A stretch of DNA of 51,863 nt from an uncultured Erysipelotrichaceae bacterium (lineage in GTDB: Bacteria > Bacillota_I > Bacilli_A > RF39 > UBA660): assembly GCA_902783315.1 (NCBI GenBank), contig CACZQK010000019.1, positions 1-51,863 on the forward strand. Direction: 5' to 3'. The notes beneath the pieces were generated by a model that did not search any database, was not told the origin of the DNA, and saw only the letters and a program-made list of their open reading frames with translations. Both the position numbers and the translations under genes were made by a program. Shown here one piece after another: positions 28,792-38,900 of this stretch (positions are counted from its first letter, which is position 1; every line of letters begins with the position of its first letter).

Positions 28792-29949
28792 TTATTGCCC
28801 CCTCAAAATAGAAATAATAGTAATAATAACCCCAAAACTAATAAACAAAGCCCCAAAAAGAAGCAAAAAGGAAACATTTCCATGCATATCTAAAGAATCA
28901 ACATTATTATCGATAAAATTTTCATCTTCATTACCCTCTTTTTTTTCGTTAGAAAAAGAATTATAGATATCAAAAGAAACAAGCTTAAAATCCAATGGCA
29001 CAAAGGTCAAATTACTCGAAATATTAGAATATTTCCCACTAAGCATTCGATCTACTACTTCATAAGTCGTATGATTATCTTTTAAATATTCATCAAGTAA
29101 AACTTCTTCGGAAAAAATTTTATCTCTTTGAACAAGAAGTAACGTAACTTTGTTACTATTTTCTTGAAGAAAATCCCACTGCTTTTTAACAATATCTAAA
29201 ACCGTTTTACAATCAGATTCTGTAAACAAATTATTACGCATGTATTTTCTCAGTGGAAAAATCAACTTATTATAATCATGAATATAAGATAAATTTATTC
29301 TTATTTTTTTACCAAATAATTCATTACTTAGAAAATCATAAAAGAACATAGGAGCATAGACAGAATGATAACAACCAATAACAAAGTCATCAGTAAAGAA
29401 AACCTTATCACAAGAAAAATCTTTCAATATAATAGATTTCCCACTATACTTCTTAAAAATGGAATTTAATTCAGAAAAAGATTCATAATAATTTTGATAT
29501 TTTTCAGGAACAAATGAATTATTTTCTAAATAATGATAATAAGCAGGAGAAAACCCATGAATAAAATACCCATTTTTAATATATTTATCATATACATATA
29601 AAATAATTTTTCTCTTACATTCACGATCACTAATATCCAAAACAGAAAGTTTAGTAAATAACATTCTACAAACCAAGTGGTGAATTCCAATACGAATATC
29701 TTCAAAATTATCAATTTTTCGATATAACTTTTCTAACTGGGATAAATAGCCACCAAATAAAGATATATCATCAACAAGAATTTGATACTTATATAATGCA
29801 TCATAAAAAATAAAAAGAGCTAATTGATCTGATATAGAAAAAGAAGATCTTTCTAAATGCTGTGACTTTTTTGAATAGTATCGTTTATTAGTGCGTATTT
29901 CATAAATAAAATCCAAAACATCTTTTCGCTCTAACAATTTACAAAACAT
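28792..29949 (-). CDS. Hypothetical protein with C-terminal TM helix (possible ADP-ribosyltransferase-like fold)
   Basis: YFIHGFS and VFFTDD motifs; hydrophobic C-terminus. Confidence 0.7.
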   Translation of the reverse strand: MFCKLLERKDVLDFIYEIRTNKRYYSKKSQHLERSSFSISDQLALFIFYDALYKYQILVDDISLFGGYLSQLEKLYRKIDNFEDIRIGIHHLVCRMLFTKLSVLDISDRECKRKIILYVYDKYIKNGYFIHGFSPAYYHYLENNSFVPEKYQNYYESFSELNSIFKKYSGKSIILKDFSCDKVFFTDDFVIGCYHSVYAPMFFYDFLSNELFGKKIRINLSYIHDYNKLIFPLRKYMRNNLFTESDCKTVLDIVKKQWDFLQENSNKVTLLLVQRDKIFSEEVLLDEYLKDNHTTYEVVDRMLSGKYSNISSNLTFVPLDFKLVSFDIYNSFSNEKKEGNEDENFIDNNVDSLDMHGNVSFLLLFGALFISFGVIITIISILRGQ

Positions 29950-29974
29950 TATATCCCCTCCATATCAAACAAAA

Positions 29975-30241
29975 TCAAGAACTCATCATCATGAAAAAAT
30001 ATACAATACCTCCAACTATAATAGCTGCCAAAGCAAATAGAATGAAGCGTACAACTGGATTATTTTTATCCCAATATCCATCTAAATTAGTAGCTGAAGA
30101 AGACATCAAATTCTCATAATTTTCTCTTTTTTCCTTATTAAAATTCAATTCTGACGAATTATTTTCTTCTATATTTTTTGTAGCTTTCTCACTAACAAGC
30201 CCAGAAGAATTATTAATATATTTATTTTCATCTTGATTCAT
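29975..30241 (-). CDS. Small tail-anchored membrane protein
   Basis: GGAGG RBS; polar N-terminus, C-terminal TM helix. Confidence 0.7.
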   Translation of the reverse strand: MNQDENKYINNSSGLVSEKATKNIEENNSSELNFNKEKRENYENLMSSSATNLDGYWDKNNPVVRFILFALAAIIVGGIVYFFMMMSS

Positions 30242-30300
30242 ATAATATCCTCCAAATCTATTATAAGGATATCATATTTTATTACTTTTTACTACAGAAT

Positions 30301-32478
30301 TTATAATATCTGACTTGGCTCAAAATCAATTTCAAGATAAACCTGACTCTTTGTTTTATAATGCTCATCAATTTTTTCCAACACCTCGTACAAGTTATCA
30401 AAAGTTTTATATTTTAAAATAATATTATAGCGATAAACATTATTTATCTTAAAAACACTAGCTGTACTAGGCCCTAAAATAATAATATTAGTTAAGGCAC
30501 TTGTTAACTCAGACTTAATTTTAAGTGCTTCACGCAAAACTAAATCAGACTTCTTCCCACTTACTTTCAAGTTGCAAAGATAAAAATATGGAGGATATTT
30601 CAAAATTCTCCGAACATTCATCTCGTACATATAAAAAGAAAAATAATCATGATTTTTTGCAAAAGATATCGCATAATGATTTGGATTAAACGTTTGAATA
30701 ACGACACATCCTTCTCGCTCACCTCTGCCACATCTCCCTGCTGCTTGACTAAGTAAAGAAAAAGTATTTTCACTACTACGAAAATCTGGAATATTTAATG
30801 ATGTATCAGCATTAATAATACCAACTAATGTAACCTTTGAAAAATCTAATCCCTTGGCTACCATCTGCGTTCCTAAAAGAACATCATATTTTCCATCTCG
30901 AAAATCAGTTGTCATCTTCTCATGCATTCCTTTTCGACTTGTAGTATCATAATCCATTCGAAGAATTTTACAAGTTGGAAATAAAGTGTTTAATTCCTCT
31001 TCTATTTTTTGAGTACCAAGTCCTAAATTACTCAAAGACTTTTCATGACATTTAGGACATTCAAAATATCTTTTTTCCCCAAACCCACAATAGTGACATC
31101 TTAACGTATTACTACTCTTATGATAAGTAAGAGTAATATCACAGTTAGGGCATTTAAAAGTATATCCACAATTTTTACACATCACAAAAGAGGAATATCC
31201 TCTTCTATTTAGTAATAAAATAACTTGTTCATTCCTATCTAAGGTATTTTGAATAGCTTTTATTAACTCTTTTGAAAGATTTCCACTAATATTTTTCATT
31301 TCTTTATTCATATCAACAACAGTTACTCTAGGCATTTCCTTCCCGTTAACTCTATGAGAAAGCTCCAATAAGGAATAGACACCCTTTTGAGCCCGAGCCA
31401 TAGTCTCTAAAGAGGGAGTTGCACTACCTAATACAATAGAACAGTGATGATACCGACTACGAAAAATAGCGACATCTCTAGCATGATATCTCGGATTAGA
31501 ATTACTCTGTTTATAAGAATCACTGTGCTCCTCATCAATAATAATAATCCCAATATTTTTTAAAGGAGCAAAAATAGCACTCCTAGCCCCAATAACAATA
31601 GAAGCTTCTCCTCTAGTAATTCTTCTCCATTCATCATATCTTTCCCCATCACTAAGCCCTGAATGGATGGCAGCAATCTTACTTCCAAATCTCTCTTGAA
31701 AGCGTTGCACCATTTGCGGAGTTAAACTAATTTCAGGAACCAACATAATACTTGTTTTTCCTTGTTTCAAATAATAATCAATAACTTCCATATAAACTTC
31801 TGTTTTCCCTGAACCAGTTACTCCATACAATAAATAGGTTTGCGGTGAATTTAGTGTAACTTGTGAAACTACTTTTTTCTGATTTTCAGTTAGTTGATGC
31901 TTAAAAAAAGCCACATTCGCATAATTTCTTCGATAATGTTCTTTCTTAACTTCTTCCAATATTTCTTTTTTGATTAATGTATTCAAACTACTAGTAGAAA
32001 TAGCACACAATTCTTTACGAAGAACCAACTTCTTTTGGCGAACAATTTCTATAATTTTCAATTGTGAATCATTAAACTTTAACTGATCCAAATTTATATT
32101 TTGCCTCAAACAATAAAATGTATCAAATTGAACAGCAACATTACTACCATGTTTCGCTTTCAAGGCCTTAGGAAGCATAACTTGATAGCAACTAATTAAA
32201 CTTGCCAAAGTCTTTTTTTGAACTTTTTTTCCGAGCTCTAATAATTCATGATTTAATACAATATCAGAATCAATAATATTTAGAATATCTTTCAATTCTT
32301 TATCAAAAGTCTTATCATTTTTTACCTCAAGCACAAATCCTTCCAACGTCATCTTACCAAAAGGTACTAAAACTCGAATTCCAACTTTTATTTTATCTTT
32401 TAAAGAACAAGGTACAGAATAATCAAATATTCTATCAACCGCTTTATTAGATATCTCAACTAACACACCAACAATCAT
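30301..32478 (-). CDS. priA: Primosomal protein N'
   Basis: GVTGSGKTEVY, DEEH, Cys-rich region, GTQMVAKGLDF, QAAGRCGR. Confidence 0.97.
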   Translation of the reverse strand: MIVGVLVEISNKAVDRIFDYSVPCSLKDKIKVGIRVLVPFGKMTLEGFVLEVKNDKTFDKELKDILNIIDSDIVLNHELLELGKKVQKKTLASLISCYQVMLPKALKAKHGSNVAVQFDTFYCLRQNINLDQLKFNDSQLKIIEIVRQKKLVLRKELCAISTSSLNTLIKKEILEEVKKEHYRRNYANVAFFKHQLTENQKKVVSQVTLNSPQTYLLYGVTGSGKTEVYMEVIDYYLKQGKTSIMLVPEISLTPQMVQRFQERFGSKIAAIHSGLSDGERYDEWRRITRGEASIVIGARSAIFAPLKNIGIIIIDEEHSDSYKQSNSNPRYHARDVAIFRSRYHHCSIVLGSATPSLETMARAQKGVYSLLELSHRVNGKEMPRVTVVDMNKEMKNISGNLSKELIKAIQNTLDRNEQVILLLNRRGYSSFVMCKNCGYTFKCPNCDITLTYHKSSNTLRCHYCGFGEKRYFECPKCHEKSLSNLGLGTQKIEEELNTLFPTCKILRMDYDTTSRKGMHEKMTTDFRDGKYDVLLGTQMVAKGLDFSKVTLVGIINADTSLNIPDFRSSENTFSLLSQAAGRCGRGEREGCVVIQTFNPNHYAISFAKNHDYFSFYMYEMNVRRILKYPPYFYLCNLKVSGKKSDLVLREALKIKSELTSALTNIIILGPSTASVFKINNVYRYNIILKYKTFDNLYEVLEKIDEHYKTKSQVYLEIDFEPSQIL

Positions 32479-32536
32479 CCATTCACCTCCTCACTTTTAT
32501 TATACCAAAGAAAAAATAGTTCTTACAAAACTATTT

Positions 32537-32698
32537 TTAATCAGGATTTTCACTTAAAATTTCAATTTCTGAAAAAGAATTATTAAAACTTAAACTTTCA
32601 TCTTCTCTCTGAAACTTTTTCTGAAGATAATCAAATAAAAAACCAAGAATAAACATAAAGGCAGAGAAAAAAACTAAAGAAAAATAAAGTACATACAT
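32537..32698 (-). CDS. 53-aa single-pass membrane microprotein (below ORF-track cutoff)
   Basis: GGGGTGA RBS; MYVLYFSLVFFSAFMFILGFLFDYLQKKFQREDESLSFNNSFSEIEILSENPD*. Confidence 0.6.
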   Translation of the reverse strand: MYVLYFSLVFFSAFMFILGFLFDYLQKKFQREDESLSFNNSFSEIEILSENPD

Positions 32699-32778
32699 TT
32701 TATCACCCCAAAATTCTAATTATCTAAATACATTATACACTAAAATTAAAAAAACAAAAAAAAAGAACAAAAGTTCTT

Positions 32779-33828
32779 TTAAAAAAAACGTAAAATATCG
32801 TTAACTGTAATAATTAACATAAGTATCATAAGCAATATTAAGAAAATACTATGAATCTTATTTTCTAACTCTGAATTAACAGGAGATCCTTTTATTTTTT
32901 CTATAACAATAAATAAGATATGTCCACCATCAAAAGCTGGAATTGGAAGCAAATTAATAACCCCCACATTAATACTTAGAAAAGCCACCAAATACAATAT
33001 ATTAGCAAGTCCAGCAGTTCTTTGTTGACCTACAACAGAATAAATACCGACCGGTCCAGATAATTGATTTAAATGAATACCACCAGTAAATAAATACCAA
33101 ATAGTAATAAACATTTGCTTAAAAATAGAAACAGTTTTCTTATAAGTATAAACAAGGCTAGCGCCAATTCCCTTTGTCTTTTCTTGTTTAATACCTATTC
33201 CATAGCGATAACTAATTTTTTTACCAGTACCAATTTTAGTAGGCTTTACCAAAAAAGTTTTTTTCTTACCATCTCTTAATACGACAATTTTAGTATTATC
33301 ATTAGGATTAGCCATAGCTAAATATAAAGATAAATCATCACTCGTAGAAACTTTATGACTATTAATTTCGATAACTAAATCACCATTCTTTATTCCCGAT
33401 TGATACGCAGCAGAGCCCTCCTCAACAGAAGAAATCTTAGAAGATAAAGTAGTTCCCCCCCATACAAGAGAAACAAATAAAAGCAAAACAATCGCCAAAA
33501 TAAAATTATTCATTGGTCCAAAAACCATAATTAAAAAACGTTGCCATGCTGTTTTTGCCTGAAGTCTCCGATCTTCTGGAATCTTATCTATCGCATCATT
33601 ATCTAAATTTTCCCCAGCCATTTGGCAAAAACCACCAATTGGAATCATTCGTAAATTATATTCAGTTTCTCCTCTTTTTACTCCAAACAATTTAGGACCC
33701 ATTCCTATTGCAAATTCATAAACATACACACCTGTAATCTTGGCCCATATAAAATGTCCAAACTCATGAACAAAAACAATAACACCCAAAATCACAACAA
33801 ATAACAATATATTAAGTAATATAGACAA
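32779..33828 (-). CDS. rseP: RIP metalloprotease RseP/RasP
   Basis: HEFGH, GP-x-NN, PDZ domain, NLLPIPAFDGG. Confidence 0.95.
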   Translation of the reverse strand: MSILLNILLFVVILGVIVFVHEFGHFIWAKITGVYVYEFAIGMGPKLFGVKRGETEYNLRMIPIGGFCQMAGENLDNDAIDKIPEDRRLQAKTAWQRFLIMVFGPMNNFILAIVLLLFVSLVWGGTTLSSKISSVEEGSAAYQSGIKNGDLVIEINSHKVSTSDDLSLYLAMANPNDNTKIVVLRDGKKKTFLVKPTKIGTGKKISYRYGIGIKQEKTKGIGASLVYTYKKTVSIFKQMFITIWYLFTGGIHLNQLSGPVGIYSVVGQQRTAGLANILYLVAFLSINVGVINLLPIPAFDGGHILFIVIEKIKGSPVNSELENKIHSIFLILLMILMLIITVNDILRFF

Positions 33829-33839
33829 AATAATCCCTC

Positions 33840-34640
33840 CTATAACATTTCAAACAAAATAGAAAATGCCAATGCCACAAATATCAAACTATCAAAACGA
33901 TCTAAGATACCACCATGCCCGGGAATAATCCCAGAAAAATCTTTCATTCCATAATATCTTTTAATAGACGAAAAAACCAAATCACCAAGTTGCCCACACA
34001 AACATAAAACAGCTGTTATTAAAATAACAAATGGCAGTGATGCATTAGAATCAATAACAGTAACATAAAGTGCTGTAGCAACAAAAGTTCCCATAAATAC
34101 ACCACCAATTAATCCTTCAATTGTTTTTTTGGGACTAATATTCGGACACAATTTATGTTTCCCGACAAGTTTGCCAGTAAAAAAAGCAAAAGTATCTGTT
34201 ATAGTAGTAATCAGCAATAAATAAAAAATATACCAAAAATCATAATTTCTTGTAATGGTTAAGAGATTAAAACTCAATCCAATAAATAACACAGAACCAA
34301 TTAAAAATAATGCATCATTTAAATTATATTTCTTATTATCACCAATAAATACCATTGGTGATAAAAAAATAAAAATAATAAAAGCCATTACATGATAATC
34401 AAATTTATTATAAAAATCAATCGCTCCCGTATTATACAAACAAAAATAGATAGTTAAAGCATACGCAAATACTTTCAAGATAAATGGAAATTTCTTTTTA
34501 CTTTCACGAACACTTAACAATTCATAAAGAGCAACAGCACTTAAAAGCGCCATAAAAACTGAAAAATAAAAATCACCAATAATTAGAAAAGGCAAAAATA
34601 TCGCTACAATTAAAAACCCCCCTAAAACTCTTTGTTTCAT
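33840..34640 (-). CDS. cdsA: Phosphatidate cytidylyltransferase
   Basis: DTFA, ISPKKTIEG, GDL-x2-S-x-IKR, KD-x5-PGHGGILDRFDS. Confidence 0.96.
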   Translation of the reverse strand: MKQRVLGGFLIVAIFLPFLIIGDFYFSVFMALLSAVALYELLSVRESKKKFPFILKVFAYALTIYFCLYNTGAIDFYNKFDYHVMAFIIFIFLSPMVFIGDNKKYNLNDALFLIGSVLFIGLSFNLLTITRNYDFWYIFYLLLITTITDTFAFFTGKLVGKHKLCPNISPKKTIEGLIGGVFMGTFVATALYVTVIDSNASLPFVILITAVLCLCGQLGDLVFSSIKRYYGMKDFSGIIPGHGGILDRFDSLIFVALAFSILFEML

Positions 34641-34796
34641 TTTACTCCTCCAAACTTTAAAATAATACTTTTTTATTATTTTTAAACAATCTACTCTTTT
34701 TATTCATAATAACTAAATAATGAATAATCAACCATCATTTTTCCCCAATTCAATTATATAATAATTACCAAAAAAAAAAAAAGCCAAAATGACTTT

Positions 34797-35045
34797 CTAA
34801 AACTTATCAATGTCAATTTTAATATATTTATTATCTCCTAAAGAACTACTTGCCTGAACTAAAGTACGAATTGCATTAGCAATACGACCTTCTCTTCCAA
34901 TAACTCGACCAATATCATCCTCAGCAACCATTACTTGAATAAGCATCGTATTTTCTTCTTCCGTTGGAAATTCTTTAACACTGACACTTTCCTTATGAAT
35001 AGCAAGCGATTTTACAATTAACTCTACTAAATCAACTAAATTCAT
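34797..35045 (-). CDS. khpA: KH-domain RNA-binding protein
   Basis: DIGRVIGREGRIANAIRT; follows rpsP. Confidence 0.92.
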   Translation of the reverse strand: MNLVDLVELIVKSLAIHKESVSVKEFPTEEENTMLIQVMVAEDDIGRVIGREGRIANAIRTLVQASSSLGDNKYIKIDIDKF

Positions 35046-35047
35046 AA

Positions 35048-35320
35048 TTATTTGTCTCCCTTTTTAAGGGCATTAAATTTTTCTATAATTCCTTCTTTTT
35101 TCAATAAACTATAAACAGTATCAGTAGGAATTGCTCCATTATTTAACCATTTTATTGCAAGTTCATCATTAATATCTACTTTACATTCCCCAACTGGTGC
35201 ATAAGTTCCAATTAATTCTAAATATTGCCCATCTCTAGAACGTCTTGAATCAGTTGCAACTACTCGATACATTGGTTTACCTTTAGCTCCTAATCTTGTT
35301 AATCTTAATTTAACAGCCAT
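35048..35320 (-). CDS. rpsP: 30S ribosomal protein S16
   Basis: [11 protein letters not shown]...YRVVATDSR...RDG. Confidence 0.98.
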   Translation of the reverse strand: MAVKLRLTRLGAKGKPMYRVVATDSRRSRDGQYLELIGTYAPVGECKVDINDELAIKWLNNGAIPTDTVYSLLKKEGIIEKFNALKKGDK

Positions 35321-35351
35321 ATTATCCCTCCATTTCTAAATATCGATTTTT

Positions 35352-35380
35352 ATTATAATAGAAAAAAAAAACAATGTCAA
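35352..35380 (-). promoter_or_regulatory. Consensus SigA promoter for rpsP
   Basis: TTGACA-N17-TATAAT. Confidence 0.85.
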
Positions 35381-35390
35381 CCTTTTTTTG

Positions 35391-35795
35391 TTAACACCGT
35401 TTAGATAATTGATATCCGATTTTCTTTTGTGGAATTTGAAGAGAATATAAACTAGAGCATTCAAAAAGTTCATTAAAATTTCCCAATTCTAGTGCATTCT
35501 CTGTTGCATTACCACAACAACAACTACACACAATCATTCCATCTTTTTTTAAAAGTTGACTTAAATTATTTCTAATAGCAATCAATTTGTCTTGATCTAA
35601 AGCATAACCCTCTATAATATTAGAAGGAAAGACAACGTCGTATTCCTTGTCAATTATTAACTTACCAGCTAAGTCTTGTTCAAAAAAAGTCATTTTTTTT
35701 GGTAATGAATATTGCTGTGCATAGGAATCCATCCGACTAGATATATAACTTTCATAAAAAAAACAAGAAAAACGACTATATAGCTTTATCTTCAT
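35391..35795 (-). pseudogene. Probable 5'-truncated fragment of a SAM-methyltransferase-fold protein
   Basis: YDVVFPSNIIE and LLKKDGMIV resemble class I MTase C-terminal motifs; no glycine-rich motif I; start overlaps cotE. Confidence 0.4.
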
Positions 35796-36315
35796 CTATA
35801 TAGTCTTCATTAACTTGTTGATCAATATTTTCCAAAGTTTCAATATCTTTATCCTCTTCTACTATTTCATCCCAAGGATCTTCTTCTAAATTTGCTTCTA
35901 TTTTTACTTTTATATCCCCAACCAATTCAACTCCTAGTTCCTTTTCAACAACATAGCGAATAGTATTATCAACAATATCAGCCTTAATACAATTGGGTTG
36001 TTTTAAACTGCGAACAATAATATCTTCTCCTTCAAGATTTTCATTAGAACGCATATGAATAATTTCATGATAAGTATTTGTATTTCGAACAACATCTGTT
36101 TTAGTATCATTATCATAAGAATACCAAATATTTACATCATAACTTCCATTTATAATAATATCATTTCCACTTTTATTTCCACTAAAATTATGATTAATAA
36201 CCCAACAACCTAAAATAGTAGAAGGATTATCTACATTGATTTGATTAACAGTAGTAAAAGTCTTCTTTCCTTTTGATACAATAGCCTTCGTAACAATTTC
36301 TCTATAATCTGCCAT
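35776..36315 (-). CDS. cotE: Outer spore coat morphogenetic protein CotE
   Basis: YREIVTKA-x3-KG, PSTILGCWVINH, GSYDVNIWYSY, QPNC; start MADYRE after GGGAGG. Confidence 0.93.
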   Translation of the reverse strand: MADYREIVTKAIVSKGKKTFTTVNQINVDNPSTILGCWVINHNFSGNKSGNDIIINGSYDVNIWYSYDNDTKTDVVRNTNTYHEIIHMRSNENLEGEDIIVRSLKQPNCIKADIVDNTIRYVVEKELGVELVGDIKVKIEANLEEDPWDEIVEEDKDIETLENIDQQVNEDYIDEDKAI

Positions 36316-36331
36316 AGTTTCCTCCCAATTT

Positions 36332-36358
36332 AATATATGTAAAAGGTTTAAAAAAAGT
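36332..36358 (-). promoter_or_regulatory. Mother-cell (SigK/SigE-type) promoter for cotE
   Basis: AC-N17-CATATATT matches the SigK consensus AC-N17-CATAnnnT. Confidence 0.55.
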
Positions 36359-36413
36359 ACTGAAAAATGCAAAAAATAATGCTATAATAAAAATAGAATA
36401 AGGAGGGATTTTG

Positions 36414-37040
36414 ATGGCATCTTCTATTATCCATCTAGCTATAGCTAAAAAAGTAAATGAAAAAATCAAAGTAGAAAATCAAAAGGACTATTATTTAGGG
36501 GCAATTGCACCAGATATTTCTAAACAAATAGGAGAAAGTAGAGAAAAATCCCATTTTTTAATTAATACAATAAATGAAATTCCCAATATAGATTTATTTA
36601 AAAAAAGATACCCTACATTTATGTATAATTCCTTTGATTTAGGATATTTTACTCATTTATATGCTGATAAATATTGGAGAAAAGAGTTTCTTCCCAGTAT
36701 CAAACAAAATGATTTTATAAAGCTGACCAATGGCTCTTTTATAAAAGCAACCAAAGAAGATATAGAAAAAATGATTTATTCAGACTACACAAATCTAAAT
36801 ATAATAATAATTGAAGATTATGACCTAGATTTATCATTATTCTATGAAGATTTTATAATTCCTAAAACAAACTTCAAAGAAATTCCAATCAATCATCTAG
36901 ATATCCTAATTAATAAGATGGGCATACTAATAGAAAACTCAAAATCTGAAAAGACATATACTTTAGACTTAGAAAAAATAAAAGAATTCATTGAAAAAAC
37001 ATCCAATGAAATTATAAAAGAGCTAAAGAAATACTATTAA
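36414..37040 (+). CDS. Zinc-dependent phospholipase C-like family protein
   Basis: N-terminal IIH, LGAIAPD, SHF, LGYFTHLYAD. Confidence 0.75.
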   Translation: MASSIIHLAIAKKVNEKIKVENQKDYYLGAIAPDISKQIGESREKSHFLINTINEIPNIDLFKKRYPTFMYNSFDLGYFTHLYADKYWRKEFLPSIKQNDFIKLTNGSFIKATKEDIEKMIYSDYTNLNIIIIEDYDLDLSLFYEDFIIPKTNFKEIPINHLDILINKMGILIENSKSEKTYTLDLEKIKEFIEKTSNEIIKELKKYY

Positions 37041-37070
37041 AAAAACGCACCTTACAATGCGTTATTTTTT
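37039..37070. terminator. Bidirectional terminator
   Basis: AAAAAACGCA-loop-TGCGTTATTTTTT between convergent genes. Confidence 0.65.
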
Positions 37071-37404
37071 ATTTTTCTATGCTATTTAATAAACGATAAA
37101 AATAATCATTAAGAAAATCCCTAATATAATCAATCATATAATTAACCACTTCTAAATTTTGCATATAAACCGAATAAACAGGAATACTTTTTAAAGTATT
37201 TACTAATGCTTCATAATCTTTCTCTAAAGACTTATCATAATTACTTTTAACATAATTTTTCTGACAGTTTTTTACCTTTCGAATTAACTGCAAAACTTCT
37301 TCATTTGAATCCATTTGTTTTTTTAATAAGATACACTTTTTATATTCTTTCGAACTTTTAACAAAATCAACAACTTCCTCTAAAGATTTATTTACAGTTA
37401 CCAT
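37069..37404 (-). CDS. YlbF/YmcA-family regulator (RicA-like)
   Basis: Helical 111-aa protein overlapping miaB end, in the ymcA position of miaB-ymcA-cotE. Confidence 0.7.
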   Translation of the reverse strand: MVTVNKSLEEVVDFVKSSKEYKKCILLKKQMDSNEEVLQLIRKVKNCQKNYVKSNYDKSLEKDYEALVNTLKSIPVYSVYMQNLEVVNYMIDYIRDFLNDYFYRLLNSIEK

Positions 37405-38800
37405 CTAAACTCCACGTCTTAGCCGCAGTTATTTCAACCTCGACAATTTCTCCTACTTTTAAATCTTTTGCACTAGTAAAATTTATTAATTTATTAGATT
37501 CACTATAACCATAATACATATTCTTTTTTTCACTAACACCTTCGACTAACACTTTTAAGCATTTGCCCTCTAAAGCTTTATTATTTTTTAAAAAATATGA
37601 ATTAACAACTTGATTTAAGCGTTGTAACCGTTCTTCTTTTTCAGAAAGAGAAACATTATCTTCCAACTTACAAGCAGGTGTCCCATCACGAGATGAAAAA
37701 ATAAAAGTAAAAGCATTATCATATTGACATTCCTCAACTAAACTTATTGTCTGCAAAAAGTCATCTTCAGTCTCCCCAGGAAACCCAACAATAATGTCTG
37801 TAGAAACACTAACATGAGGAATAGTATCCTTTATTTTATGAAACAATTCCAAATAACTCTCACGACTATAACGTCGACCCATTAATTTTAAAATTCTACT
37901 AGATCCACTCTGAACAGGTAAATGAATACTAGGCATTATATTAGGATATTTTGCAACTACCTCTATCATCTTATCAGTAAAATCCCATGGATGTGAAGTC
38001 ATAAAACGAATTCTTGGTATATCTTTTTTTGCAATATCTTCTAATAGATCACCTAAGTTATAATCATCATATAAGTCTTTTCCATAAGCATTAACATTTT
38101 GTCCTAATAAAGTTACCTCCTTATAGCCATCAGTAATTAAATCATCAATTTCCCTTAAAATGTCTTCCTTTGCCCGACTTCTTTCCCTACCGCGTGTATA
38201 GGGAACAATACAATAGGTACAAAATTTATTACAACCATAAATAATATTTACATAAGCCTTAAATGGACTAACTCTTACTACCGGTAATCCTTCATATAAA
38301 TCACCTTCTCGAGAAAAAACTTCTATTTGTTGGACATTTTTTTCTATTGACTCATCAATAACATTAGGAAGCTGATATAAATTATGAGTTCCTAAAACAA
38401 AGTTAACAAATTTGTAGTCTTTTAACATTTCATCCACAACAGTTGCTTCTTGAGCCATGCAGCCACATACACCAATAATAAGATTTTTCTTTTCTTGCTT
38501 TAAATGCTTTAATCTTCCAAGCATACCAAAAGCCTTATTATGTGCATTTTCACGAATACTACAGGTATTTAAAAGTACCAAATCCGCATTTAAATAAGAA
38601 TCTGCTAAAGTAAATCCTAATTCTTCTAATAATGCTGCAATAGTTTCACTATCATGCTCATTCATTTGACAACCATAAGTTTTAATAAAATATTTTTTTC
38701 CTTTATATTTATTTTTCAATTTATTATCAATTTGAAAAAAAACTCGTTTATATTCCCTTTTATCTCGAGTTCTAGCATCCTTATAATTAGGCAAATGCAT
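37388..38800 (-). CDS. miaB: tRNA i6A37 methylthiotransferase
   Basis: TYGCQMN, NTCSIRE, GCNKFCTYC, TRAM domain. Confidence 0.96.
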   Translation of the reverse strand: MHLPNYKDARTRDKREYKRVFFQIDNKLKNKYKGKKYFIKTYGCQMNEHDSETIAALLEELGFTLADSYLNADLVLLNTCSIRENAHNKAFGMLGRLKHLKQEKKNLIIGVCGCMAQEATVVDEMLKDYKFVNFVLGTHNLYQLPNVIDESIEKNVQQIEVFSREGDLYEGLPVVRVSPFKAYVNIIYGCNKFCTYCIVPYTRGRERSRAKEDILREIDDLITDGYKEVTLLGQNVNAYGKDLYDDYNLGDLLEDIAKKDIPRIRFMTSHPWDFTDKMIEVVAKYPNIMPSIHLPVQSGSSRILKLMGRRYSRESYLELFHKIKDTIPHVSVSTDIIVGFPGETEDDFLQTISLVEECQYDNAFTFIFSSRDGTPACKLEDNVSLSEKEERLQRLNQVVNSYFLKNNKALEGKCLKVLVEGVSEKKNMYYGYSESNKLINFTSAKDLKVGEIVEVEITAAKTWSLDGNCK

Positions 38801-38900
38801 AATATCACCCCGCCTCCTATATATGATAACCCAAAAAAAAGAATAACTCAAGACAAGAAATTATTCTTTTACTTTTTTATAGAAATCTACTAAATTCACT

